The notes: a model not told the origin generated them from the letters alone. DNA of 64,000 bases from Felis catus (GCF_018350175.1 NC_058377.1:60760001-60824000), one strand, 5' to 3'. Shown: positions 13,421 through 26,407, counted from the stretch's first letter. Program-made: numbers and translations.

Positions 13421-14717
13421 GAAAACCTGGCTAATGAAGTAGATAAGCAAGCATGTTTTACTACAAGTCTAAGAGACTTTATCCATCCTTCTGAAGGAAA
13501 CATTTTGATTCCATTTTTTCCATAATTGATCAGATGACAGTTTCCTGGATGGATAAATTAAAGAGAGAATAAAAGGCAAGGGACACAACAGATGTGCATG
13601 AATGAAAGAATCAGGACATATACAGTGTATGGAAAAACATAATGAAAAAAATCATGCCTTCACACGCACAGAGCTTTTTTTTTTTTCTTGCCATCCTCTT
13701 TTATTTTCTCTTGTGACCTATAGGATGAACTATTCAGATCCTTAAGACTCCCCATGATAATCTTTTTTCAGTGGTTTCCCCTTGAGCTACAAACTATTAG
13801 AATGTTAATTTAGTGAATTTACCTCAATCCCACTCAATATACTAAGCCAAGTACTAGTTTATTCCCTTTAATGAATTATACTAAGTAACATGCATATGTA
13901 GTATGCCAGACATTTTGTAGATCAACAATATAACTCAACCTAAATAAAATTATGCAAATATTTTCTTGCACCTTATAAAGTTCCCTAAATATATCAAAAG
14001 CATTTCCCTTTTGCCATTATCTTGTTCACTTTCTTAACTCTAGATATCCTCCAGAGATAGGCTCAATCACAGCAAACTTGGCAATACTGTGGCCCTTTGA
14101 GCATCTCACATATAAGTCCCTCAACCTAATATTCCCAGGTGTTCTATCTTTCTGAAGCTCCAGTCAGCTAACAGACATATAGAATTACCAGAGCAAAAGT
14201 CCCCCATACATTCAGGAAGCACACCCAAATTTCTAAACTAAATCTACAAATCAATTCCTTTATAGAATAGTATTGTTCAAGCAAAAGATGTTCTTTAAGC
14301 AACTAATACAAATCCTACAATCTAAAGTCACTCAATAGAATCCAATGGGTAGAGAAAACAGAACAAAAAAAGAGGTAAAGTTTTGTATATTCTTCAATGC
14401 TGTGTCCAGATAGGACCTATGAATTTAAAACTCAGAAGAGTATTCTTTCATGAGGAGTAAAATGGTGATGCAGTACTTCTCACCTTCTTCTAGTTTCTTC
14501 CAAAATATACGTCTCCTCTATTTACCTTTGGAAACATTTTCAGCTTAGATGGCAACACAAACAAAAGGTATAATTTTGCCTTATCAAGTTAGTACATTAT
14601 ATATGTTTATGTCACTGCTTCACACACTAGACTTTAAGCTTCTTGAGTGCAGAGAATATGTTCTTTTGAATTTTTGATTTCTATTGCTTCTCACAAAGCC
14701 AAACATAAAGTAGGATC

Positions 14718-14905
14718 CCAGTTGCTTGTGTGCTGGCAAATTGAATCTCTGAAAACTAAGAAGTCCTCATTTGTAGTGTTTTTCAGTTCCCAGGTATAAA
14801 TGGTTTTTTCAAGCTGCCAATAGGACATGGTGGAACACAGAGTTGAGATGAGATGTACAGCATGGCTGCCTGTAAGCTGATGTGCGCTGGCTCCACGTGT
14901 GCTGG
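14718..14905 (+). mobile_element. MER63-like hAT DNA transposon relic
   Basis: gtgtgctggcaaat...ttcaagctgccaat...gagttgagatgagatg...gctggctcca resembles MER63. Confidence 0.55.
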
Positions 14906-15319
14906 CCCTTTTTTTTTTTTTTTTCAGGCTTGTATTATCCAGAGGAAAAGTTATCTGATGTTGTCCGTGACTCCATACAGGCCGTAACAGTTCAGAGAAA
15001 GTGACAAGTTCTAAATACAAGTCTAAATAATACAGCTTAACAATACAGCTGTATCCCAGTGTTTGTGGGCTACATGAAACATCCCTCCTATTGATTACTT
15101 TTACAACTGCAATAAAATTGATGTGACTCCACTTTCCTCTTCATTTTTGTACCATTTTATACAACTGACTTTTAAGCTTCTGCCTGTCTCTTAAATTGAT
15201 ATGGTTACCATAAGTTCTTTTTTAGGAACAAAATATTTTAGGTACGGCCATGTATAGCTGTTTATAGGCTGAACATCATAAATTATTTATCTCAATTCTT
15301 TGGTTGGTTAAGATAGCCA

Positions 15320-15468
15320 TAGTAGGTCCTTTGTGGCATTTGTGAAGCCTCTGAAATTTTATGGAAAATCTGAATGTGTTTATATGTGATTTTTCTGTGG
15401 AGAAGTCTTCATCCATTTCATTAAACTCCAAAGGGACTGTTATGCTTTAAAAGGTTAAGAAACTCTGC
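15320..15468 (+). mobile_element. hAT-Charlie relic
   Basis: Ends ...caaagggac...aaaaggttaagaaactctg, a Charlie-type terminus. Confidence 0.45.
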
Positions 15469-15774
15469 CTCAAACTATTTCTAGTTCTCCAAAGTTCCCA
15501 TTTCCTGTAATGAATTAGCAAATGCCCCTAATCCTTGAAGCTGTGCTATTGGCTGTCCAATACTAAATATTGATCTCTGGCTTACATGGCATGACATATC
15601 TATTCTAATCTTTTGAACTATTAACTATGAATGAAGAAAACAAACTATAGTCTAAGAAAGACAACACAACTTTCTTTTAAGGCATGATATATAAACATGA
15701 AGATTCTTACTTTTTCAGTTCTTACTTTTGATCTTATAATATTTTTCCTAGATGCTTTTGGCAGAGTGTTAATA

Positions 15775-16010
15775 CACTAGTGAAGAGCATGGCATCTAAG
15801 ACGCAGAAAGCCTGGATTCAAATCTCAACCCTCAGCCATGTCAGATGTCTGGCCTTTGATGGCCTAAATGTCTTTAGGCCTCACTTTCTTCATCTCTAAA
15901 ATGTAATTAATATTGTATAGTTCACTGAGCTCTTTGAAGAGTAAATGGAATATGTCTTAAAAGCTGTTAGTAGAACACATAGTATAAAGTAGTCACTAAA
16001 TGTTAATTAC
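15775..16010 (+). mobile_element. MIR relic
   Basis: aagagcatgg...cctggattcaaatc...ggcctcactttcttcatctctaaaatg. Confidence 0.65.
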
Positions 16011-16221
16011 TCTGAGTATTTTCTTATTTCATTATCAATGATTTTCATGTTTCCCTTTTGGACTATAAAATTCTTGGGATGTGACATATTTATGACTGAA
16101 AACACAAAGCCACTCTCTAAATATTTGTTGATTAAGGAATAAAATGACAAAAAAAATCTGATAGACAGTAACTTACCAGGACAACTTTTCTACAGTGAAA
16201 GTCACTTTTTTCAGGTTTTTC

Positions 16222-17178
16222 TCAAACAAACAGCTCTGTTTGTTTTGCAAGGAGAAGACTGAGTATAGCTTTGCGAATCTGTTTTGTTTTTACACTATAG
16301 ATGATGGGGTTGAGCACTGGAGGAAAAAGCAGGTATATATTAGCCATCATCGAATGGACCACTTTGGGGGCTGATGGACCATAGCGATGCACCAAGGATA
16401 GGCTCATCATGGGGATGTAGAAAATAGCGACCGCTCCAATGTGGGACACACAAGTGCTGAAGACCTTATGGCGTTCTTCAGGGGAGGCAATACGGACCAC
16501 ACAGCGAATGATCAAGATATATGACAGGATAATGCATGGTGTATCTACTCCTGTGGTCAGGATGAGATCAATTAATCCACAGATGCTGTTGGCCTGAGTA
16601 TCTGAACATGCTAATTTAATCACATCTGGGTGGTAGCAGTAGGAGTGGGAAAGGACATTTTCTCTACAGAAATAGAGAGGCTTAAGGAGCAAAAGTAGTG
16701 GTACTATTAATACTACACTACGTATAATCATTAACAAGCTCATCTGAATTATTCTGGAATTAGTGAGAATAGTAGTATACCTCAGAGGATCACAGATGGC
16801 CACATAGCGGTCAAAAGCCATAGCCACCAGCACCCCAGATTCTATGAATGTAAATCCATGAAGAAAAAACATCTGGATAATGCAGGTATCTAGATTGACT
16901 TCTGTTGCATCAAACCAGAGGATACCTAATGTTGTTGACATTGTAGAAATGGCCAACCCCAAGTCAGCAGTTGAAAGCATAGAGAGGAAATAGTACATGG
17001 GTTCATGGAGACTCTGCTGGGTGATGATGACAAACAGGATCATGCTGTTCCCAGAGAGGGCAATGGCATAGAGACAGCAGAAGGGGATAGAAATCCACGC
17101 ATGGACAGACTCTAGGCCAGGAATTCCAGTCAATAAGAAGGTTGGAAATTTAGATGTCAAGTTACTTAAGATCTGCAT
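16222..17178 (-). CDS. OR51F1: Olfactory receptor 51F1, 318 aa, intact
   Basis: MQILSNLTSKFPTFLLTGIPGLES...IITQQSLHEPMYYF...ICGLIDLILTTG...KVFSTCVSH closely matches human OR51F1 as recalled. It lies next to OR52R1, as in the human class I cluster. Candidate acceptor ttattattcctatAG at 17224-17223. Confidence 0.92.
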   Translation of the reverse strand: MQILSNLTSKFPTFLLTGIPGLESVHAWISIPFCCLYAIALSGNSMILFVIITQQSLHEPMYYFLSMLSTADLGLAISTMSTTLGILWFDATEVNLDTCIIQMFFLHGFTFIESGVLVAMAFDRYVAICDPLRYTTILTNSRIIQMSLLMIIRSVVLIVPLLLLLKPLYFCRENVLSHSYCYHPDVIKLACSDTQANSICGLIDLILTTGVDTPCIILSYILIIRCVVRIASPEERHKVFSTCVSHIGAVAIFYIPMMSLSLVHRYGPSAPKVVHSMMANIYLLFPPVLNPIIYSVKTKQIRKAILSLLLAKQTELFV

Positions 17179-18354
17179 GTTTTCCTGGATTCATAGCATG
17201 CTGTCCTCACAATGCTCACATCCTATAGGAATAATAAATTACATTGTCACACAAAAATTTCTAGATAAATTTTCTTCTGCTTAAGGAGAGCTATATAGGT
17301 CATAGATAAATTATCACTGAGAAAACTCTAAATCAAACTCTATTTTAAGTATATATACTCTTAAATTCAAGGAAAATATGTCTAATTTATGATGATAATT
17401 ATTTGCTATACTGACAGAATTTTAGTTCATAAGATTCTATGGATGGATAATTACTATATAATAGATAATATAATTCAATGTATTCCATTTTGAATAGGTT
17501 GTATATTAAATGACTAAGAGAAACCCACCTAAAGATATCCGTGGCTCTCCAGTGCCCACATGGGTATCAATTTCCAGGCAAAGTCTCCAGATTTTTGCTG
17601 ATAATATCCAGTTGGAAGTTATCATTATATAAGTGCCATTTCAATCCAACAGTGTGGGTGAACAACCTCAGAGGGTAGATTTACAAAAGAAAACCAATGA
17701 AGACCAACTCCATAGAAGTTACTGGAAAGGACTATATACACTAAAGCAAGGCTAGACGCTTTACAGGAACCATTAAAACCAAGAGAGATGATGATATGAC
17801 TGGGTGTTACATGAACAACAATGTCAAAGTGCTTAAGTGGTCAAATCTTCTAAGGATTAAAAATTTCAAATGCACCCAAGGAGCATAGTGACCCTAGAAA
17901 AAACAGTTGAGTCTAGGGATGACAGCTGAGAAGCTGCTACAGTGTCTTGAATGAATGGAAAAATGAGTAGTAGAGGCACAGGTAAATTATTTCGGGAAGT
18001 CATCAGTGAAGGCAAGTGGAGAAATAGGCCATCACTAAAGAAGACCAGAGGTGGATGGAAGATTTCTACAAGATTAGACAAACTTAGAGAAATATATATA
18101 TTTATAAACTGAGGCTACAGATACAGAAGATAGTGAGAGATTGAAAACATAGAACAATAGGGATTAATTGGTATAGAAAACTCAGTAAGAAAGTAGCAGG
18201 TGATTGAATACAGAGCATAACAGTAATTAACCCTCAGAAAGATAAGGATCACCATTTCCATTGACCCTCTAGAGTAAGTGGCAAAAGAGTAGATTGATGG
18301 AGGGTCATGTGAGGGAATTATGAGGCAGTACCTGTTTGGGATTTTTTTTTCCTT

Positions 18355-18690
18355 TTTTTAAAATAGTGGTCAAATAAATCTAATATAAAATTTACCATTG
18401 TTAGCATTTTTAAGTGTACATTTCAGTGGTATTAAATACATTCATAATATTGTACAAGCATTATCACCATCCATCTCCATAACTCTTTTCTTCTTGTAAA
18501 ACTGAACTGTATACCCATTAAACACTCAGTCCTCTTTTCCCAATTATCTATGTAGAGTTCTCACTACTCTTAACATCTCATATAAGTGGAATCACACAGT
18601 ATTTGTCCTTCAGTGACTGGTGTATTTCACTTAGTGTAATAACCTGAAGAGTCATCTGTGTCATTAAGTATGTCAGAATTTCCTTTTGTT
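18355..18690 (-). mobile_element. Ancient L1M 3' fragment
   Basis: ataaaatttacca...tttaagtgtaca...tcatataagtggaatcacacagtatttgtcc. Confidence 0.7.
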
Positions 18691-19299
18691 TCTAACCAGT
18701 GCCTACTTTTTTTCCTTATGAATTATTAGGAGGAAATTTGCTGCTGTTCAAAGCGTGTGGAGTGATGGAGGCTGGTTTGAGGACATGATAGAGGATTTAA
18801 ATAGATGTTACAGGGAATAGAGGAGACAGTTGAATCAATACACACAGAAATGTTATAAATATTATAAAATCTTGTTCAATTAAAATGTTTAACATAATTT
18901 TGAAAGCAATACGTTTAATTGTTGAATTGTTAAAATCAATTCTAGGAAGACTTAAATCAAATAATACCAATGGTAGTTATTGTAATGTTAATACTTTTCA
19001 ATCAAGCTTTTAACAGTACTAGGTAAAGTTTATTATCTGAGAGTAAATACCCCATAATAAGCATATATGTTACAATTCCTTTTAGGTACTTTCTGTGGTT
19101 CCTTTTTAAACTCTAGTTCTCAAGGTTTCCATTCAGTCTGTGAAAAATTGTAATTTTTATCTATCAGCTAGTAGGAATCAGATATCTGTGTGGTATGTGG
19201 ATCCCTTAAGACAAGATGAATCCTAGTGTTACCTGACTTTTCTGAAAGTTCATATGAATATTTGTGAATAGGCAACAAAGTGTAAATTCAACACAATGG

Positions 19300-20020
19300 A
19301 CACCTTTTTCTACCTTCTTACCAGCTCAACGTGGAAAGAGGAGCCTTCTTTGTCTTCACTCTCAGAGAGAGAACGAGATACAGTTCTGGAGCCATGGACT
19401 TTATACCAAAGTGAGTTTGAGCTGTGGGGCCATTGGTGAAATGTGCATCTCCCTGAGGCCATATTCAGAGGAAAACTGAAATCTTCTGTCTCCATCTGTA
19501 AATACAGGACAATGCTGTATAATCTCAGAAGGATTTTAGCCACTAACTCAAGTGACTAGTAATCCACAGGGATTAAATGCAAAACATGTAATTATCCATA
19601 TAAATGGAGAGTTTAGACAGTGTTCTAGGCCCTGTGGAATAGAGGGATGCATGTTATGGATTAAGGATTATCAGTATGCGGGGAAGGCAGTACAGCAAAC
19701 CAGTGTTCATTGGAATAAAAATTATAGTGACAATTAGGAGAGAACATATCCCCCCAGTTTCCAGGCCCCTATCCTTACATTTTTGCATTGACACATCGGG
19801 AGGATGATATATCCACTCCCAAACCTTCTCTGCCCAGACACTCACTAGCTTTTCCCCAAGAAATGGGTCAGCTCTTCACATATAAATTGGGACTTCTTAA
19901 ACTAGTAGTTGAGTCACTGTGGGTGAATGAGTTCTCATGTGCATGTGTTCTTGCTCTCATACTTGCTATTTTCCTGTGGTATTAAGTTCAGGGGCCTAAG
20001 ACTCCTCGGGGAGTGTGACC
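19300..20020 (-). promoter_or_regulatory. Possible 5' exon(s)/promoter of OR51F1
   Basis: Donor-like CTG|GTAAGA near 19321 and near-palindromic O/E-like ACTCCTCGGGGAGT at 20001-20014. Confidence 0.3.
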
Positions 20021-20094
20021 ATTGTTGTCAATGTGGACAGTTGCATCATGGAAGCAGGTTACTTTTTAGTCCTAGCAATTCTAATTCATTAAAA

Positions 20095-20298
20095 ATTTTT
20101 TTTTTCATGTTTATTTATTTTTGAGAGAGAGAGAGAGCAGGGGAGGGGCAGAGAGAGAAGGAGACACAGAATCTGAAGCAGGCTCCAGGCTCTGAGCTGT
20201 CAATACAGAGCCTGATGCGAGGCTTGAACTCACGAACTGTGAGTTCATGAACTGAGCCAAAGTCAGATGCTTAACCGACTGAGCCATCCAGGTACCTG
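20095..20298 (-). mobile_element. CAN-SINE
   Basis: TSD c(t/c)agcaattcta. Confidence 0.88.
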
Positions 20299-20715
20299 TA
20301 GGCCCAGCAATTCTAGATTCCTGGGAAAAAAGAAGACCCAGATATGAACAGTATGTTTCTCCTTTATAGAGAAGTCCCACACAGGCAAGAACAGTCTTAC
20401 GTTTACCTAGACATCAATAAAATCAGTAATCTCTTCTATATTTAGCTATTTTTCTTTAATTTCCATTTGGCTATTATTTCTATGCTTCCTTGTTTAAGAA
20501 CTCTTAATGCCAGGAAGTCTGAGGAGTTCAATTCAAGTGCTATAACTCTATGTGGAACCCCTCAAGTGTCTGGACTGATACTTCAAACACAAAAAATGAA
20601 ATATGAGCAAATCATAGCACAAAATTTTATGAGTCAGTGAGAAAAAATTCAAAGTTTTACCATTGTTGCCTTCATAGAGGTTACAATATAACTACAGTTT
20701 CCATCCAAATCTTTC

Positions 20716-21262
20716 TGTGGTGGCCAGACTATAAAATAATAAAATCAATCCTGATTATCCCTGCCTCCTTGAACTCTAGTGTAATCCTTTGCCCTTGAAT
20801 ATGGGTAGGATCTGTGACTTGCTTCTAACCAATGGAGTAATAGCAGAGGTGATAGGATATTACTTTCATGGTTATGTTACCTAAAATGTGGCTCTGATGA
20901 AATGACAGCATGGTGCTTTGGCACATGGCAAAGAACTGAGGGCCATCTGTAGCCACCAATCAGCTAGGAACCAAATATGGCTTCCTTTAGCAACAGCCAG
21001 CAAGAAACTGAATCCCTCAATCTAATAGGCCACAGGGAACTAATGGAATCCTGCCAACACCCATGTGATCTTGAATGCATATCCTTCCCCATTTGAGCAT
21101 CAAGTGAGATCATGGCCCTGATTATACCTTGATTACAGTCTTGCAGACTCAGCTAAGCTGTACCCAGAGTCCTGATTTACTGAAGTTGTGAGATAAATGT
21201 TTTGAGCTTTTTAAAGACACAACATTTGTGGTAATTGTTATGTAGCAATAGGTAATTTCTAT
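20716..21262 (+). mobile_element. MaLR LTR (MLT1E/F-like)
   Basis: tgtggtggccagac...ggatctgtgacttgcttctaaccaat...gtggtaattgttatgtagcaatagg is typical MLT1 sequence. Confidence 0.7.
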
Positions 21263-21616
21263 TGAAGGTCTAAAGCAATCTGTTTCAGTTGTTTTTCCAC
21301 TGCTCTGCTATCTTGGGGTTGCTAATGAGCATGAAAACACTAACATACCAAGTGACATTTACTTATTCCCTGAGTGATATGTCATGACTATGGAAGTTTT
21401 GAGGTTATTGAGGAAAATGATTGTGCTTTTTATGCTTTATGCATTACACAAAACACCCAGAACACATCTGGATACATCATAGGAAGCAAATAATGGCTTT
21501 CTGATGTAAATAAACTTGTTATAAAGATAGTAACATGCATTCAGCAAGGTATGCATGTGAGTGTACTGCTCACTGATTCATCACATATAATTGCAGGCCA
21601 GGTAATGGTATAGAAT

Positions 21617-21841
21617 AGAGGCCAGCAAGTTTTTTTCTTTTCTATAAGGAATGGATAGTAAATATTTTAGGCTTTTTCAGGCCATATAGTATTCTGTCTT
21701 AACTATGCAATTTTGATGCTGTAGCATGGAAATATCTATAGTCCATTCTTATTTGGTGTAACTCTCTTCAAATTGAACTTCATTTATAAAAACAGGTGGT
21801 AGGCCAGATTTGGCTTTTAGGCTGTAGTTTGTTAATTCTGA
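21617..21841 (+). mobile_element. MER58-like hAT MITE
   Basis: ggccagcaag...gatagtaaatattttaggc...ggccagatttggc...gtagtttgttaattctg. Confidence 0.65.
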
Positions 21842-22310
21842 TCCTTACTACATATTCTCTTCTAGCCCATCCTGATAACTGTCCTCTCCTCTTACAACCA
21901 AAGTAACTACCATCCTGACCTTCAACATCCTAAATTGGTTTTCCCTATAATTTCCATTTATAATATAATAAAATATATAAATTGAATAATACAGTATGTA
22001 TACTTCTGTTTTTGGCTCCTTTGACATTATCATATGAGATTTTTTCACATTGTGTATGACAGTTGTTAATTGTTTTTTTTTCTTTTAATTATATGAACAT
22101 AGCAAAAGTTAATCAATTTTTCCTTTCTTAGATACTTTCTTTGTTTTCAGGTTTTCGTTATAAATAATTATGCTTCTATAAACATTATTATGCCTTTCAG
22201 AGCACACATATATACATATCTGCTGGTTAATATACTAGGAACTAAATTGCTGGGTCAACTTTGAGATACTCTCAAATGTTTTTTGCTTTTTTGTATTTTT
22301 TTCTAATTTC

Positions 22311-22728
22311 TTTAAAAAAATTTTTTTTAACGTTTATTTATTTTTGAGACAGAGAGAGAGCATGAGTGGGGGAGGGGCAGAGAGAGAGGGAGACACAGAA
22401 TCGGAAGCAGGCTCCAGGCTCTGAGCCATCAGCCCAGAGCCCCACGCGGGGCTCGAACTCACCGACCGCAAGATCGTGACCTGAGCTGAAGTCGGACGCT
22501 TAACCGACTGAGCCACCCAGGCGCCCCATCTAATTTCAATGTTTATATATTTTTGAGAGAAAGAGAGACAGAGTGTGTGCAGGGGGGCAGAGAGAGAGAG
22601 GGAAACACAGAATTCAAAGCAGGCTCCAGGCTCTGAGCTGTCAGCACAGAACCCGAAGTGGGGCCACGAACCACAGGATCATGACCTGAGCCAGTCAGAG
22701 GCTTAACCTACTGAGCCACTCAGGCGCT
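22311..22728 (-). mobile_element. Two CAN-SINEs; the younger (22311-22528) is inserted in the tail of the older (22538-22728)
   Basis: TSD tctaatttc around the younger copy. Confidence 0.88.
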
Positions 22729-23004
22729 TCTCTCAAATGTATTTTGAAAGAATTTGTACCAGTTTACACTCAGACCAGCAGTATGTGAGAGTTTCTGTTG
22801 ATTCATACCTTTACCAGTATTTGATGTTATCATATTTTTAAAGTTAATCATTCCTATGGGTTTGTAGTCTGATTTTAGCATTAATTACCATTTTCCTAAC
22901 TAATGATATTGTATACCTTTTCAAATGTTTAATGGCACTTTGAATATAGTTTCTTATGACTGTTGCAGACTTTTCCCCATTTTTCATTGGCTTGTTTGAT
23001 TTTT

Positions 23005-23241
23005 CTTTTTTTTTTTTTTTTTTTTTTAATTTTTTTTTTCAACGTTTATTTATTTTTGGGACAGGGAGAGACAGAGCATGAATGGGGGAGGGGCAGAGAG
23101 AGAGGGAGACACAGAATCGGAAGCAGGCTCCAGGCTCTGAGCCATCAGCCCAGAGCCTGACACGGGGCTTGAACTCACAGACCGCGAGATCGTGACCTGG
23201 CTGAAGTCGGACGCTTAACGACTGCGCCACCCAGGCGCCCC
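23005..23241 (-). mobile_element. Young felid SINE
   Basis: TSD ttgattttt; CpG-rich. Confidence 0.9.
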
Positions 23242-23346
23242 TTGATTTTTCTTTAGAATGTTATAGAATTCCATGTATATACAGGACAGGAATTCTCTTT
23301 TTAATATTCACTTTCTGGAAAATGTCTGTGATGAATAGATTTCCAG

Positions 23347-24549
23347 TTTTTTTTTTTTTAATATGAAATTTATTGTCAAATTGGTTCCATACAACACCCA
23401 GTGCTCATCCCAACAGGTGCTCTCCTCAATACCCATTACCCACCCCCTCCTCCCTCCCATCCCCCATCAACCCTCAGTTTGTTCTCAGTTTTTAAGAGTC
23501 TCTTATGCTTTGGCTCCTTCCCTCTCTAACCTCTTTTCTTTTTTCTTCCTCTCCCCCATGGTCTTCTGATAAGTTTCTCAGGATCCACATAAGTGTGAAA
23601 ACGTATGGTATCTGTGTTTCTCTGTATGACTTATTTCACTTAGCATAACACTCTCCAGTTCCATCCATGTTGCTACAAAAGGCCATATTTCATTGTTTCT
23701 CATTGCCATGCAGTATTCCATTGTGTATATAAACCACAATTTCTTTATCCATTCATCAGTTGATGGACATTTAGGCTCTTTCCATAATTTGGCTATTGTT
23801 GAAAGTGCTGCTATAAACATTAGGGTACAAGTGCCCCTATGCTTCAACACTCCTGTATCCCTTAGGTAAATTCCTAGCAGTGCTATTGCTGGGTCATAGA
23901 CTTTAGCCTCTACTACAAAACTGTAATCATCATGATATTGGCACAAAAACAGACGCATAGACCAATGGAAAAGAATAGAGACTCCAGAATTGGACCCACA
24001 AAAGTATGGCCAACTAATCTTTGACAAAGCAGGNNNNNNNNNNNNNNNNNNNNNNNNNNNNNNNNNNNNNNNNNNNNNNNNNNNNNNNNNNNNNNNNNNN
24101 NNNNNNNNNNNNNNNNNNNNNNNNNNNNNNNNNNNNNNNNNNNNNNNNNNNNNNNNNNNNNNNNNNNNNNNNNNNNNGACAGGACACCATGAAAACCCTA
24201 GAGAAGAAAGCAGCAAAAACCTCTCCGACCCAGCCACGGCAATTTGTTACTTGACACATCTCCAAAGGCAAGGGAATTAAAAGTAAAAATAAACTATTGG
24301 GACCTCATGAAGGTAAAAATCTTCTGCACTGCAAAGGAAACAATCAACAAAATGAAAAGGCAACTGACAGAATGGGAAAAGATATTTGCAAATGACATAT
24401 CAGACGAAGGGCTAGTATATAAACTCTATAAAGAACTCACCAAACTCCACATCTGAAAAACAAATAATCCAGTGAAGAAATGGGCAGAATATATGAATAG
24501 ACACTTCTCTAAAGAAGACATCCAGATGGCCAACAGGCACATGAAAAGA
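23347..24549 (-). mobile_element. Young carnivore/felid L1 with 5' inversion (twin priming)
   Basis: Poly-T at 23347-23359 and a minus-strand 3' UTR/ORF2 C-terminus (YDPAIALLGIY...WMELESVMLSEIS) to about 23898. Plus-strand ORF2 (LIFDKA...EWEKIFAN...RHMKR) follows to 24549 and contains an N gap. Confidence 0.9.
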
Positions 24550-24710
24550 CTGACTCTTGATTTCAGCTCAGGTCAATATCTAGTCCCACATGGAGCTCTG
24601 TACTGGCAGCATAGAACCTGCTTGGGATTATTTCTCTTCCTCTCTTTCTTCCCCTCTCAAGTTCTCTCTCTCTCTCTCTCAAAATAAATAAACTTAAAAA
24701 AAAAAAAAGA
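24550..24710 (+). mobile_element. Headless CAN-SINE at the left edge of unit A (paralogue 49400-49540)
   Basis: ctgactcttgatttcagctcaggtca...(CT)n and A tail, fused directly to the L1. Confidence 0.8.
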
Positions 24711-25991
24711 AATAACATGGCTGGTAACTCTAGGGCTTCTAGAAATTAATGAATCCCAAAACTCTTCCATGATGGTCCATACCTAAGATACACACATTGA
24801 GAACTGGAAATCAAAGACTGAGTGAGACTCCAGGTTTATCTGGGATTGGGGATAAGGACAAGGCTCTGCTAAGTGAGGCATCATACCTCCTTGGGCCTTT
24901 CTTCTTCTTCTGCTTTCTGACCTCTAGCCTCAAAGATAAAGTAAGATTAGTTAGTGACCTCAGGCATAACAGATGTAGCAGAGAATCAATAATAAATACA
25001 TAATCAGGTCATCAGGGTATAAGTGGGTGAGGGTGATGACTGTAGATTGTAGCAGGTGCTGGAAGAGGTTGGAGGAGGGGATTTTAGGATGAACTATGAA
25101 CTTGTTATGTTCATAACCCCAGCACCAAACACAGTACTGGCACATAGTAAGTGGTGAAGAAATGCTTGTTGACTTTGAGCATGAAATACATCATACTAAT
25201 AACACTGTGTTTGGCTCCGTGCAGAGTAGACAATACTGATGGTGCATTATTCTCCTCTTGAAGTTACTGTAGAACTGAGCTCAGACAGCAGATCTCAGCC
25301 CCGAATAATGTTTAAAAACCAGGAGAAGCTGACCTGCTTTTGTTAAGTTCTGACTGGCTTCTCTTAGCCATTAGGTCACCTTAGAGGTGTGTGCTGAAAG
25401 AAGAGAGGCACTGGGATGACTCTGCCCAGTACAAATGGGAAATCAAGTCTCTTGCTCAAAGTACTCACTTGATAGTTTTTGGAAATGAGTACAGGTGCCT
25501 GGAGTTAGTTACAGATTTGATGTCCTGGACCCACTGGTTCTTCAGGTTATAATGAAGGCAATCTTCTATTTTCACTGATTCATGATACTTAAGGGTACTT
25601 CTAGTCATGATAGAGCTGCACAGTTTAAGTAAGTAGGTTTTCTACTGGAGCTGGAATTCAGTGTGCTTCATTTGATCATTTCATACTAACTAGGTTCTCT
25701 GATTGCCATTTTCTCCTGTCTCTATGGTAGTCCCATCCTCTTATAGAATAATATTTGGTGTAACATAATCACTTTATAGGTATTTCTTGAAGAGAAATGT
25801 AAAATGTTCCACATATTTTATATTTGTAAATAAAAAGAAGTGAGTGAGGGACAAATTGTTATTTATCTGTCAAAGGTATCTTATCAGACAGATAACAACC
25901 TTCAAAGTTTCCATGGGAATAATGAAAGAAGGCCTTAGCACTGAAATGTCTGGTATCCCATTTTGGAGGAAGGAGGCAAAAATGGACCTGC

Positions 25992-26023
25992 CAATGCCAT
26001 CTTGTGGTCAGGAGTGGAATTGT
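25992..26023 (-). promoter_or_regulatory. Candidate CTCF site (core plus upstream motif)
   Basis: Minus strand ACAATTCC-actcc-TGACCACAAGATGGCATTG fits the core CCASYAGRKGGCR (one mismatch), with an upstream-motif-like sequence at a 5-nt spacer. Confidence 0.6.
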
Positions 26024-26407
26024 TGTGACGATGGTAGCAGGCACATGTAAAAATTTAATCATTCATTCATGCAAGTAGGTTGTGTTTTTTTTTTTTTTTT
26101 TTAATAGTCAGCTAAGTTTGGGCAAGAATAGTGAATAATTATGTATAATTTTATATTCAAGTAAGAGGAACAGATGGTGAATAAGTTGGATATAAAATAT
26201 TTGTGTTGAAAGAAAATTGATGATATGTAAGTTGATACGTAAGATATGTTGAGGTATGTGAGTTAAGAAATACCTCACTGAGAAAGTGGTATTAGTTGAG
26301 ATCTAAACGGTGTTGAGAGGAAGATAGAATATTCTAGAAAATGACAGCTGGAGGAAGTGGGAAGATTTAGGTCAAAGCACTAAAACAGATAAGAAGTGAA
26401 TATATTT

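Larger units (their letters stand above)
21850..23346 (-). mobile_element. Ancient L1M fragment interrupted by three SINEs
   Basis: Degenerate L1 3' region (taactaccatcctgac..., aaattgctgggtca, ccagcagtatgtgagagtttctgttg). Confidence 0.6.

Noticed and set aside
20081-20100. TTTTTAATGA homeodomain motif (H/P-element type) upstream of OR51F1
   Set aside because: It lies inside the TSD-bounded SINE tail, so it is probably a decayed poly-A rather than a conserved enhancer motif.
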